Source of the DNA: an uncultured delta proteobacterium
GTDB lineage: Bacteria; Desulfobacterota; Binatia; DP-6
NCBI GenBank assembly: GCA_963815115.1
Contig: CAWFFN010000012.1
Location: 416,001 to 480,000, forward strand
Direction: 5' to 3'
Length of the DNA stretch: 64,000 nucleotides
A program made the translations under genes and the position numbers. A model generated the notes under the pieces. The model saw only the letters and a program-made list of their open reading frames with translations. It did not search any database and was not told the origin of the DNA. Positions 20,586 to 30,149 of the stretch are shown piece after piece; the stretch's first letter is position 1, and each line of letters begins with the position of its first letter.

Positions 20586-23500
20586 ATGGGGAGCGGAGGT
20601 GCCGCGGTACCGTTCTCGCCGCTGATTCGCCGCTGGTTCGAAGCGCGCTTCGGTACGCCCACCCCGGCGCAGGAGGCCGCATGGCCCGCGATCGCCGCCG
20701 GGGGAGATACGCTGATCGCCGCTCCGACCGGGTCCGGCAAGACGCTGGCGGCGTTTCTGTGGTCGCTCGACCGCCTGCTGCGCGCCGAGGCGCTCGACGA
20801 CCACACGCACGTCGTCTACGTCTCGCCCCTGAAGGCCCTCGGCAACGACGTCCACAAGAACCTGCAGCAGCCGCTCGAGGAGCTGCGGGCGCTCGCGGTC
20901 TCGCAGGGCGAGGCGCTGCCCGACGTTCGCGTCATGGTGCGGTCGGGCGACACGCCTGCGCACGAGCGCCAGGCGATGACGCGGCGGCCGCCCCACGTCC
21001 TCATCACGACGCCCGAGTCGCTCTACATCCTGCTCACCGCCGAGAAGAGCAGGCGCTTCCTCGCCGGCGCCGGGACGGTGATCGTGGACGAGATCCACGC
21101 CGTCGCGCAGGACAAGCGCGGCGCGCACCTGGCGCTGTCGCTGGAGCGCCTGGCGGCGCTCGCGGACCGCCCGCTCCAGCGCATCGGGCTGTCGGCCACG
21201 CAGCAGCCCATCGAGGAGGTCGGACGGTTCCTCGCCGGCGCGGGACGGCCGCCGCCGACGATCGTGGACGTCGGCCATCGGCGCGCGCTCGATCTCTCCA
21301 TCTGGCTTCCCGACCTGCCGCTCGGTCCGATCGCCACCCACGAGCAGTGGGCCGAGCTCTACGAGCACGTCGCCGGCCTCACCGCCACGCACCGCACGAC
21401 CATCGTGTTCGTCAACACGCGCCGGCTGGTGGAGCGGGTAGCGCACGCCGTCCAGGAGCGGCTCGGAGCGGGCCGGGTGGTGGCGCATCACGGCAGCATG
21501 GCGCGCCGGGCGCGCCTCGATGCGGAGGAGCGCCTCAAGGCGGGCCAGGTCCCGCTCGTGGTGGCGACGGGATCGCTCGAGCTCGGCATCGACGTCGGCG
21601 CGGTGGATCTCGTGTGCCACGTCGGTGCGCCGCGCGCCCTCGCCACGCTGATCCAGCGTGTCGGCCGCTCCGGGCACGCGCGCGCCGCCGTCCCGAAGGG
21701 CATCATCTTCCCGCTCACGCGCGACGAGCTGGTCCAGGCGGCGGCCGCCGTGCGCGCCGTGCGCGCGGGGGAGCTCGACGCGCTCGCGGTGCCCGCCGGC
21801 CCGCGCGACGTCCTCGCGCAGCAGTGCGTGGCGATCGCCGCGGGCGCGGAGATCGGGCAGGAGGAGCTGTTCGCGCTCGTCCGTCGAGCCCATCCCTATC
21901 GCGACCTCGCACGGGACGACTTCGAGGCGGTGCTCGAGCTCCTCGCCGAGGGCGTCGCCACGCGGCGTGGACGGCGTTCCGCACAGCTGCACTGGGACCG
22001 CGTGCAGGGCCGCATCCGCGCGCGGCGCGGCGCGCGGCTCGCCGCCATCACGAGCGGCGGCGCCATCCCCGACACCGCCGACTACCAGGTCGTCGAGGAG
22101 CCGCACGGGCTCCTGGTGGGCACCGTCAACGAGGACTTCGCCGTCGAGAGCATGCGCGGCGACATCTTCCTGCTCGGCAACCGCTCCTGGCGCATTCGCC
22201 GGGTGGAGGCGGGCCGCGTGCGGGTGGAGGATGCGCAAGGCGCGCCGCCGACCGTGCCCTTCTGGCTCGGGGAGGCACCGGCGCGCACCCGCGAGCTGTC
22301 CGAGGCGGTGTCGCGGCTGCGCGAGGAGGTCGCGGCCCAGGGCTCGGCGGCGCTACCGTGGCTGGACGGCGAGTGCGGGCTGCCACCCGAGGGAGGGACG
22401 CAGCTCGTCGGCTACCTCGGCGACGCGCAGGCGGCGCTCGGCGTGATGCCGGGGTCGCAGACGATCGTGGCCGAGCGCTTCTTCGACGAGGCTGGCGGCA
22501 TGCAGCTCGTCGTGCACGCGCCGTTCGGCGGCCGCATCACTCGCGCCCTCGGCCTCGCCCTGCGCAAGCGCTTCTGCGTCAGCTTCGACTTCGAGCTGCA
22601 GGCCGCCGCGACCGACGACGGCGTCGTGCTCTCGCTCGGCGCCCAGCACAGCTTCCCGCTGGAGACCGTGTTCACGATGGTGCGGCGCGAGACGCTCGCC
22701 GACGACCTCGCGCAGGCGGCGCTGGCCGCGCCCATGTTCAACAACCGGTGGCGCTGGAACGCGAGCCGCGCCCTCGCCGTGCTCCGCTTCGAGGGCGGCC
22801 GCAAGGTCCCGATGCCGCTCCAGCGCATGCGCGCCGAGGATCTGCTGGCGGCGGTCTTCCCGGAGCAGCTCGGCTGCGCGGAGAACATGCCCGGCGGTCC
22901 GATCCCGATTCCCGACCATCCCCTGGTCACGGAGACGATCGACAACTGCCTGCACGAAGCGATGGACGTGGACGGGCTGGATGCGGTGCTCGCCGGCATG
23001 GCTGACGGGACCATCCGCACGCTCGCGGTCGACACGGTGGCGCCGTCGCCCCTGTCGCACGAGATCCTGCACTCCAATCCGTACACGTACCTGGACGACG
23101 CGCCGCTGGAAGAGCGGCGCGCCCGGGCCGTGACCCTGCGACAGGCGATGCCCGAGCTCGGCGGGGGGCTGGGCGCGCTCGATCCGGCGGCGATTGCCGA
23201 GGTGGCGCGCCAGGCATGGCCGGTCGTGCGCGACGCCGACGAGCTGCACGACGTCCTGCTCTCGGTCGGCGTCGTGCCGCGCGCGCTCCTCGAGGCGTCC
23301 GGGTGGGCGGCGTGGGCCGACGAGCTGGTGCAGGCGGGTCGCGCGACCTGGGCGGACGCGCTGCTCGTCGCGGCGGAGCGCGCGGCCCTGGTACGCCTCG
23401 TCCTGCCCGAGGTCAGCTTCGCGCCGCCCGTGCAGGGAGCGCTCTTCGGGCGGCGCACCCCCGCGGAGACGGAGGAGGACGCGCTGCGCGCCATCGCCGG

Positions 23501-24755
23501 CGGCTGGCTCGAGTGCCTGGGTCCGACGACCACGGCCGAGCTGGCGGAGCGCATCGGCCTGCCGGTGTCGCGGGTGGCGATCGGCCTCGCGCGCTGCGAG
23601 CAGTCGGGCACCGCCCTGCGTGGACGCTACCGGCCGGGGTCGCGGGACGAGGAGTGGTGCGATCGGGCACTGCTGGCCCGCATTCACCGCTTGACCCTCG
23701 GTCGCCTGCGGCGTGCCATCGAGCCGGTCAGCGCGGCGGATCTCATGCGCTTCTTCTTCCGCTGGCAGCACGTGCAGGCGGGGACACGGCTGCACGGCCG
23801 CCACGGCCTCCTCGCGGTGCTCGGCCAGCTCGAAGGGCTCGAGCTTCCGGCGCGGGCGTGGGAATCGCAGGTGCTGCCCGCGCGCGTGAGCGGCTACCGT
23901 CCAGACGATCTGGAGGACCTGTGCCTCGGCGGCGTCATGGCCTGGGGCCGCCTGCGCGCCGCGCCGCCGCCCGCGGATCCCAAGCTGCGCGCGCCCGGAC
24001 GGGCCGCACCGCTCGCCTTCGCGCTGCGTGACGACCTGCCCTGGCTGCTCGCGCCGTCCGGCGAGCCGCCGTCGCTTCCACCCGAGGCGCAGGCGGTGCA
24101 CGAGGTTCTCGAGCGCAGGGGCGCGTCGTTCACCGCCGACATCGCCCGCGCGACGGGTCTCGCGGCGGCGGCCGTGGACGGCGCGCTGTGGACGCTCGTG
24201 GCGCATGGCCTGGTCACCGGCGACGGCGTCGCCGGGCTGAGGCTGCTGATCGACCCGGCCGACGAGGGCCTGCGCATGCTGGGCGGCCGGAGTCGCCGGC
24301 CGCTCGTGCCCGCGGGACGCTGGTCGCTGCTGCGCGATTCGGTCGAGGACGCGCCCGCACCCGATGCCGAGCGCTTCGCGCGACTCTGGCTGCGGCGCTG
24401 GGGTGTCGTGCTGCGCGAGCTGCTGGCGCGTGAGACCTGCTTTCCGCCGTGGCGCGAGCTGCTGCGCGCGCTCCGCCGTCTGGAGGCGCGCGGCGAGGTG
24501 CGCGGCGGGCGTTTCGTCGCCGGTCTGGTGGGCGAGCAGTTCGCCCTGCCCGAGGCGGTCGAGGCGCTGCGCGCCGTGCGCCGGCGCTCGGGCGGCCCGG
24601 AGACGGTGCAGGTGGCGGCTGCCGATCCGCTCAACCTGGTCGGCATCGTCGTCCCCGGCGCACGGGTGCCGCCCGCCACCCACGAGATGATCACGTACCG
24701 CGACGGGGAAGCGGTTGACGTCGGCGACGCCGACGCCGCGCGCGGCGTGGCGTGA
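20586..24755 (+). CDS. lhr: Lhr-family DEAD/DEAH-box ATP-dependent helicase, long form
   Basis: APTGSGKT, SPLKAL, TTPESL, DEIH, LSAT, HHGS, LELGID, QRVGRSGH; C-terminal RGGRFVAG..GEQFA. Confidence 0.93.
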   Translation: MGSGGAAVPFSPLIRRWFEARFGTPTPAQEAAWPAIAAGGDTLIAAPTGSGKTLAAFLWSLDRLLRAEALDDHTHVVYVSPLKALGNDVHKNLQQPLEELRALAVSQGEALPDVRVMVRSGDTPAHERQAMTRRPPHVLITTPESLYILLTAEKSRRFLAGAGTVIVDEIHAVAQDKRGAHLALSLERLAALADRPLQRIGLSATQQPIEEVGRFLAGAGRPPPTIVDVGHRRALDLSIWLPDLPLGPIATHEQWAELYEHVAGLTATHRTTIVFVNTRRLVERVAHAVQERLGAGRVVAHHGSMARRARLDAEERLKAGQVPLVVATGSLELGIDVGAVDLVCHVGAPRALATLIQRVGRSGHARAAVPKGIIFPLTRDELVQAAAAVRAVRAGELDALAVPAGPRDVLAQQCVAIAAGAEIGQEELFALVRRAHPYRDLARDDFEAVLELLAEGVATRRGRRSAQLHWDRVQGRIRARRGARLAAITSGGAIPDTADYQVVEEPHGLLVGTVNEDFAVESMRGDIFLLGNRSWRIRRVEAGRVRVEDAQGAPPTVPFWLGEAPARTRELSEAVSRLREEVAAQGSAALPWLDGECGLPPEGGTQLVGYLGDAQAALGVMPGSQTIVAERFFDEAGGMQLVVHAPFGGRITRALGLALRKRFCVSFDFELQAAATDDGVVLSLGAQHSFPLETVFTMVRRETLADDLAQAALAAPMFNNRWRWNASRALAVLRFEGGRKVPMPLQRMRAEDLLAAVFPEQLGCAENMPGGPIPIPDHPLVTETIDNCLHEAMDVDGLDAVLAGMADGTIRTLAVDTVAPSPLSHEILHSNPYTYLDDAPLEERRARAVTLRQAMPELGGGLGALDPAAIAEVARQAWPVVRDADELHDVLLSVGVVPRALLEASGWAAWADELVQAGRATWADALLVAAERAALVRLVLPEVSFAPPVQGALFGRRTPAETEEDALRAIAGGWLECLGPTTTAELAERIGLPVSRVAIGLARCEQSGTALRGRYRPGSRDEEWCDRALLARIHRLTLGRLRRAIEPVSAADLMRFFFRWQHVQAGTRLHGRHGLLAVLGQLEGLELPARAWESQVLPARVSGYRPDDLEDLCLGGVMAWGRLRAAPPPADPKLRAPGRAAPLAFALRDDLPWLLAPSGEPPSLPPEAQAVHEVLERRGASFTADIARATGLAAAAVDGALWTLVAHGLVTGDGVAGLRLLIDPADEGLRMLGGRSRRPLVPAGRWSLLRDSVEDAPAPDAERFARLWLRRWGVVLRELLARETCFPPWRELLRALRRLEARGEVRGGRFVAGLVGEQFALPEAVEALRAVRRRSGGPETVQVAAADPLNLVGIVVPGARVPPATHEMITYRDGEAVDVGDADAARGVA

Positions 24756-24758
24756 CGC

Positions 24759-26384
24759 TCAGCTCTCCGCCGGCTGGGCGGCGATCAGGTGGGTCACCGC
24801 TGGCGCGTCGGGTCCGACGTGGAAGCTGCGCACGATCGCCTGCACCTCGCGGTCCGACATCGTCACGCGCTCGTGCTGGCGGAGGTGCTCCGCCCACGAC
24901 TCGACGGTGAAGGTCTCCAGGAACCGAGCCGGCTCGGTGGCGTCCTGGAAGATGCCCCACAGCCGCGCGCCGTCGCGCCGGCGTACGCGGCCCAGGTGGC
25001 GCATCGCCGCGACGAACTCGTCCGCTCGCGCCGGATCGATGCGGTAGTCGATGGTCACGAGGACCGGACCGCCGTCGGCCGCTACCTCCTGCGCGAGCAG
25101 GGGTGCGGGGACGGGTGGGGCGGGCGTCAGGTCGAGCCCCTCGGTCGCTCCGAGCTGGAAGCGCCAGACCAGGAGCAGCCCCGCGATCATGCCTCCCGCG
25201 GAGACGAGAAGGGCGATGGGCAGGCTGGTGTGGAGCGCCACCGACCCCCACAGAATGGCGCCCGCCGCCATGCTGCCCTGGATCACGAGGAGGCTCACGG
25301 CCAGCGCCCGCGCGCGCACCCAGCCCGACACGGACGTCTGCACCGCGGTGTTGATGCTCGACATGACGGCCATCCAGGCCGCGCCGCCGACGATCAGCAC
25401 GAGCCCGGCGACGGTCGGCTCGCGCACGACGGCGAGCGTGGCGCTGGCGAGCGCGAAGCTCGCGGTTGCGGCCCCGATCACTCCGTCGATCGCGAGGCGC
25501 CGCCGGAGATGGGGAAGGGCGGCGCCGCCGAGCACGGCGCCGAGCCCGAGGCAGCCGAGCAGCAGCCCGTAGCCGACGGCGTCGAGTCCGAGGAGCCCGC
25601 GCGCGACCAGGGGCAGCAGGGACCAGACGGCGCTGGCGAAGACCACGAACGAAGCGCTGCGCGCCAGCACGGTGCGCAGCGGTAGCGAGTGGCGCACGTA
25701 GCGCGCGCCGGCCCGAATCGCCCCGAGCACGTCCTCGGGCGGCGCCGAGAGCTGCGGCGCGGTACGCCGCCACCGCGCCAGCACCAGCAGCACCGCGAGG
25801 AACGAAGCGGCGTTCAGTAGGAAGACGGCTCCCGACCCCACGGCGGCGACGGCGAGGCCTCCCAGCGCGGGGCCGACTGCGCGCGCGATGTTGAAGGCGA
25901 CCCCGCCGAGGGTGATGGCCGCGGGCAGATCGGTGCGCGAGACGAGCTCGGGGGTGATGGCCTGCCAGGCAGGGCCGGTCATCGCCGCGCCGATGCCGAG
26001 CGCGAAGGTGAGTCCGAGCAGGATCCGGGGAGTGACGACTCCCGCGAGCGTCAGGAGGCCGAGTGCCGCGGCGGCGACCATCATCCAGGTCTGGGTCCAG
26101 AGGAGCAGCCGGCGGCGGTCGACGATGTCGGCGAGGGCGCCGGCGGGAAAGGCCAGCAGGAAGAACGGCAGGCTCGCTGCCGTCTGCATCAGCGCGACGA
26201 GCAGCGGCGACGGCGCGAGCTTGGTCATCATCCAGGCGCCGGCCGCCTCGTGCATCCAGGTGCCGAGGTTGGACACCAGGGCCGCCAGCCAGAGGGATCG
26301 ATAGAGCGGCTGACGAAGGGGGTTCCATGCGCCCGCGTCGCCGCCGTCGCGCGCCGGGCGGCCGCTGCCGGGGGGCGGGGTCAC
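24759..26384 (-). CDS. MFS transporter (MFS_3/DUF894-like) with C-terminal cytoplasmic domain
   Basis: SNLGTWM, GALADIVDRRR, FNIARAVGPALGG, SWAEHLRQHER; start placed at GTG 26384. Confidence 0.88.
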   Translation of the reverse strand: MTPPPGSGRPARDGGDAGAWNPLRQPLYRSLWLAALVSNLGTWMHEAAGAWMMTKLAPSPLLVALMQTAASLPFFLLAFPAGALADIVDRRRLLLWTQTWMMVAAAALGLLTLAGVVTPRILLGLTFALGIGAAMTGPAWQAITPELVSRTDLPAAITLGGVAFNIARAVGPALGGLAVAAVGSGAVFLLNAASFLAVLLVLARWRRTAPQLSAPPEDVLGAIRAGARYVRHSLPLRTVLARSASFVVFASAVWSLLPLVARGLLGLDAVGYGLLLGCLGLGAVLGGAALPHLRRRLAIDGVIGAATASFALASATLAVVREPTVAGLVLIVGGAAWMAVMSSINTAVQTSVSGWVRARALAVSLLVIQGSMAAGAILWGSVALHTSLPIALLVSAGGMIAGLLLVWRFQLGATEGLDLTPAPPVPAPLLAQEVAADGGPVLVTIDYRIDPARADEFVAAMRHLGRVRRRDGARLWGIFQDATEPARFLETFTVESWAEHLRQHERVTMSDREVQAIVRSFHVGPDAPAVTHLIAAQPAES

Positions 26385-26397
26385 GGACCCGGTTGGC

Positions 26398-27348
26398 TCA
26401 GTGGGCGCGGATCGCGCGGCGCAGCTGGCCCGGCGGCGCGCCGGTGAGACGGCGGAAGTGACGGGTGAAGTGGCTCTGATCGGAGAAGCCGACGTGCTGG
26501 GCGACCTCGGCGAGCGAGAGATCGCCCCGCAGCAGCATCGACCGCGCCACCTCGACACGCCGGTGTACCAGGTACTGGTGCGGCGTCAGGCCGCTCGACT
26601 CGCGGAAGAGCCGCAGGAAGTGGAACGGGCTCATCTTGGCCAGGTCGGCAAGCTCGGTGAGATGGACGTTCCGGCCCAGGTGGCCGTTCAGGTAGTCGAG
26701 CACGGGGCGCAGCTTGGCACGCGACAGCCCGCCGCGGTACGAGCGCAGCCGCAACGGCGTCGTGCCGTGGCGGCGCAGCATGTGGACCGCGAGCTGCACG
26801 CTGAGCGTATCGACGTAGAGACGGTCCTCGGCATCCGGACTCACCAGCTGATCGCGCAGGCTGAGCGCGAGCGACGCGAGGTCCGGGTCGAGCGCGAGGA
26901 AGCGGTACGCGATCTCCAGCCGCTCCGGCTCGAAGCCGTCGTCGCGCACGGCTTGAACCAGCGCCTCGCGATCGAGGTAGAGTGCGAGGAAGGCGATGCT
27001 GCCGTCCCAGCTGCACCAGTGGGAGTGTCCCGGAGGCACGATGAAGACGCCGCCGGGAGCGCCGTGTCCCCTGCACTCCCGCCCGCCGTCGAGCCGCCCG
27101 GTGATGGTGCGTGCCGGCTCGAGCAGGAGCGAGAGCATCAGCTGAGGAAGGCACATCTGACCTTCGCCCGGCGGCATGCGGTGAAACTCGACGAGGACGC
27201 GCTCCCATCCCGCCCGCTCGGCACTCGAAGCGAGCGGGGTCGACAAGGCGCCGATGGGAGACCGTACCGCGCCTGCGCCGGGGCCGGTCCCACGATCTCC
27301 GGGGGAGCCGTCGCACCCCGCGGCGACGTGCCGCTCGCGCCGGGCCAT
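26398..27348 (-). CDS. AraC-family transcriptional regulator
   Basis: ELADLAKMSPFHFLRLF..TPHQY and VGFSDQSHFTRHF double HTH; start uncertain. Confidence 0.92.
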   Translation of the reverse strand: MARRERHVAAGCDGSPGDRGTGPGAGAVRSPIGALSTPLASSAERAGWERVLVEFHRMPPGEGQMCLPQLMLSLLLEPARTITGRLDGGRECRGHGAPGGVFIVPPGHSHWCSWDGSIAFLALYLDREALVQAVRDDGFEPERLEIAYRFLALDPDLASLALSLRDQLVSPDAEDRLYVDTLSVQLAVHMLRRHGTTPLRLRSYRGGLSRAKLRPVLDYLNGHLGRNVHLTELADLAKMSPFHFLRLFRESSGLTPHQYLVHRRVEVARSMLLRGDLSLAEVAQHVGFSDQSHFTRHFRRLTGAPPGQLRRAIRAH

Positions 27349-27409
27349 CAAGAAGGCTCTTAGGACGGTGACGGACCCGGAGCAACCGTGCCGTTCACCC
27401 TCCGTCCGG

Positions 27410-29266
27410 TCAGACCGCGGTCTCGTCGAGGTAGCACCAGCGCCACGTCTCCCCGGGCTCCAGCGACCGCACGATCGGGTGCTGCGTCGCCCAGAAATGT
27501 GCGGTCGCATGGCGGTTCTTCGAGGAATCGCAGCAGCCGACGAAGCCGCAGGACAGGCAGACCCGGAGATGGACCCAGCGGGTCCCGAGCCGCAGGCATT
27601 CCTCGCAGCCGGCAGAGCGGGGCGCGATCGCACTCACCAGCTCGACGTGCGGGCATGCCACCACGACGGCGGTGTCGGCGGCTACGAGCCGGGCCGGCGC
27701 GGCCTCGATGGTGGCGGCCGCCGCGACGCCGCCGCCGATCGCGAGCAGGGCGGCCAGGACCGCGACGTAGCGGAAGCTCCCGACCAGCGCTCCGGCGACG
27801 GCTTCCTCGAGCGCGCGGGCCTGCGCCGGGCTCGCGCCAGCGGGGATGGACACGTCGCCGAGGCTTCCGGTCTGCGCCACCATGACGGACCGAACCGCCG
27901 GCGGGAGGTCGAGAGCGTCGACGCGGCTCGAGAGCGCGCGCGCAAAGACGCCGAGCGCGATGACGCCGACGATGGCGACGGCCAGGAGCGCCGCGACGCG
28001 GGCGACCGCGTTGTTCACCCCCGAGGCCACCCCGACCCGCGTCTCGTCGACCGCGGCCATCACCGTGCTGGTGAGCGGCGCGACGGTCACTGCCATTCCG
28101 ATTCCCACGACCACCATCGCAGGAAAGAACGTCGTCCAGTACGAGCCGCCGGCTCCCGGCAGCGCGAGGAGCAGAAAACCCGCCGCCGTGATCACCGGAC
28201 CGGCCACCAGCGGGAGTCGCGCGCCGAAGCGGTCGAGCAGTCCTCCGGCCCAGCGCGACAATACGCCGATGATGAGGGCGAACGGCAGGTAGGCGGCCCC
28301 CGTCATCGTCGCCGAGTAGCCGTGCACGCGAATGAGAACGAACGGCAGGACGAAGAAGATGCCGGTCAGCGCGAAGTAGACGAGGAACGTCAGCAGATTC
28401 GCACCGAGGAAGGTCGGGGAGCGGAAGAGGTCCGGGGGCATCATCGGGGACCGTATGCGCGCCTCGAGCAGGACGAACGCGACGAGGAGCGCGACGCCCG
28501 CGACCAGGGGAAGGAGCACGCTCGGCTGCGCGACTCCTCCGCTCGTGCCGCTGATGATGCCGAAGACGACGGTGGTGAGGCCCGCCGTGGCGAGACCGGC
28601 GCCCCACCAGTCGATGGAGGGAAGGCTGCCGCGGCCGATGCGCACGTCGGGCACGCGAGCGACCGCGATCGCCAGCGTGACGAGCGCGAGCGGGACCAGC
28701 AGGAAGAACGCCGCTCGCCAGGAGGCGGCGTCGACCAGCGCGCCGCCGAGGATCGGACCTCCCGCACCGGTGAGCGCCGTGAAGGCGGACCACGTACCGA
28801 TGGCTCGCCCGCGGGTGGCCTTCGGAAACGCGGCGCTCAGGAGGGCGAGGCTGTTGGGCACCAGCAGCGCACCCCCGAGTCCCTGTACGGCACGGGCGAC
28901 GATGAGCTGGGTGCCGTTCGAGGTCACGCCGGCCCCGGCCGACGCCGCCGCGAGGATCGCGAGTCCGAGGACGAACAGGCGGCGCCGCCCGAACCGATCG
29001 CCCAGGGAGCCGGACGCGAGCGTCAGGGCGGCGAGGAGCAGCGTGTAGACGCTGGCGATCCACTGCATCTCGCCGACGGTGGCGCCGAGGCCGCGCTGGA
29101 TCGCGGGGAGCGCCACGTTGATGATGGAGCCTTCGAGGAACGCGACGCTGGAACCGAGGATGGTGACCACGAGCACCCAGCCCCGGGCGTGCGCCGCGCA
29201 GCCGGGTGTCTCGGGCGCACCGCGCAGCACCCCGGCATCGCAGGGCGGACGGACGACGGTCAGCAC
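27410..29266 (-). CDS. DHA2-type MFS transporter fused to a C-terminal UBP-type zinc finger
   Basis: GSLGDRFGRRR and 14-TM pattern; tail CPH..CEEC..WVHLRVCLSCGFVGCCDSSKNRHATAH..WCYLDE. Confidence 0.9.
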   Translation of the reverse strand: MLTVVRPPCDAGVLRGAPETPGCAAHARGWVLVVTILGSSVAFLEGSIINVALPAIQRGLGATVGEMQWIASVYTLLLAALTLASGSLGDRFGRRRLFVLGLAILAAASAGAGVTSNGTQLIVARAVQGLGGALLVPNSLALLSAAFPKATRGRAIGTWSAFTALTGAGGPILGGALVDAASWRAAFFLLVPLALVTLAIAVARVPDVRIGRGSLPSIDWWGAGLATAGLTTVVFGIISGTSGGVAQPSVLLPLVAGVALLVAFVLLEARIRSPMMPPDLFRSPTFLGANLLTFLVYFALTGIFFVLPFVLIRVHGYSATMTGAAYLPFALIIGVLSRWAGGLLDRFGARLPLVAGPVITAAGFLLLALPGAGGSYWTTFFPAMVVVGIGMAVTVAPLTSTVMAAVDETRVGVASGVNNAVARVAALLAVAIVGVIALGVFARALSSRVDALDLPPAVRSVMVAQTGSLGDVSIPAGASPAQARALEEAVAGALVGSFRYVAVLAALLAIGGGVAAAATIEAAPARLVAADTAVVVACPHVELVSAIAPRSAGCEECLRLGTRWVHLRVCLSCGFVGCCDSSKNRHATAHFWATQHPIVRSLEPGETWRWCYLDETAV

Positions 29267-29270
29267 GGTG

Positions 29271-29924
29271 TCACAGCCCCACGATGCGGATCGAGGTCTC
29301 GGTGCGATGCCGGCGGTTGAGGCTCAGGAGGAGCGCCGTCAGGTGGTCCAGGAGCGGCGCGACCGCGAGGCCGCCGGCATCGACCGGGCGAAGGTCGGGC
29401 ATGCGGCGGACGAGATCGGCGACCGTGCTCTTCGCGGGCTCGTCGTCTCCGCACAGCAGCACGTCTCCTTCGAGCCGCCGTGCCACGGCGCGCAGCTTCG
29501 CCGCGCTGATGTGCTTGAAGCCGCTCACCACCCGCGCCGATGGGGCGCGGGTCGCGATGCGCCGTGCGACCAGGCCGTCGGGCGTCTCGATGGCGCGAAG
29601 CCGGCCGTCCACCGAGCGCAGCGCGTTCACCACCTCGACGACGATCTTGCCGTCGAGGCTCGCCGCGCACTCGTCGAGGATGGCGTCGACGCCTGCCAGC
29701 GGCACGGCGACGAAGACGATTCCCGCAGCGGCTGCCGCGTCCGGGTTCGCAGCGCCTCGCAGGCGCGCCCCGGGGACCTCGCCGGCGAGAAGCGCGGCAG
29801 CCTCCGTCGCACGCGCAACCTGTCGGGAACCGACGATCACCTCCTCGCCAGCCGTCGCCAGGCGAGCGGCGAGCCCGAGCCCCTCGGGGCCGGTGCCGCC
29901 CAGCACCGCAATGCCCGCCGTCAC
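29271..29924 (-). CDS. npdG: NADPH-dependent F420 reductase family protein
   Basis: GGTGPEGLGLA, IVGSR, VVSGFKHISA, DVLLCGDD, DAGGL; start placed at GTG 29924. Confidence 0.8.
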   Translation of the reverse strand: MTAGIAVLGGTGPEGLGLAARLATAGEEVIVGSRQVARATEAAALLAGEVPGARLRGAANPDAAAAAGIVFVAVPLAGVDAILDECAASLDGKIVVEVVNALRSVDGRLRAIETPDGLVARRIATRAPSARVVSGFKHISAAKLRAVARRLEGDVLLCGDDEPAKSTVADLVRRMPDLRPVDAGGLAVAPLLDHLTALLLSLNRRHRTETSIRIVGL

Positions 29925-29968
29925 GGACTCCGGAGGATGCCCCACGGGGAGAGCGAATGCGAGACGTG

Positions 29969-30003
29969 GCAAGAACGTGCAAAGGGAGTGCAAGAACGTG
30001 CAA
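29969..30003 (-). promoter_or_regulatory. Perfect 14-bp direct repeat with 21-bp period; probable AraC-type operator
   Basis: GCAAGAACGTGCAA at 29969-29982 and 29990-30003, about 45 bp upstream of npdG. Confidence 0.7.
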
Positions 30004-30071
30004 GACCTGGTTCGGTCGTGCTGCTAACCGGTCGGATACGCCGCGCGCGGGGAGCGATCCGTCGGCGCACT

Positions 30072-30130
30072 AAAAAAATAGAGGGCACGGTGAAGCCGGC
30101 GGGCCGCTCCCCCTCGCGGGCCGGCGTCGG
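30072..30130 (-). terminator. Possible terminator after tonB
   Basis: GC-rich imperfect stem (GCCGGC-CCGC...GCGG-GCCGGC) followed by TTTTTTT on the minus strand, with a gap between stem and T-run. Confidence 0.4.
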
Positions 30131-30149
30131 GTGCCGGGCTGGGCCCGAT

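Noticed and set aside
19697-23005. Very long alternative-frame ORFs (also 10882-13482, 17655-20354, 57383-60118)
   Set aside because: Arg/Ala/Pro-rich shadow frames expected at high GC; they overlap well-supported genes.
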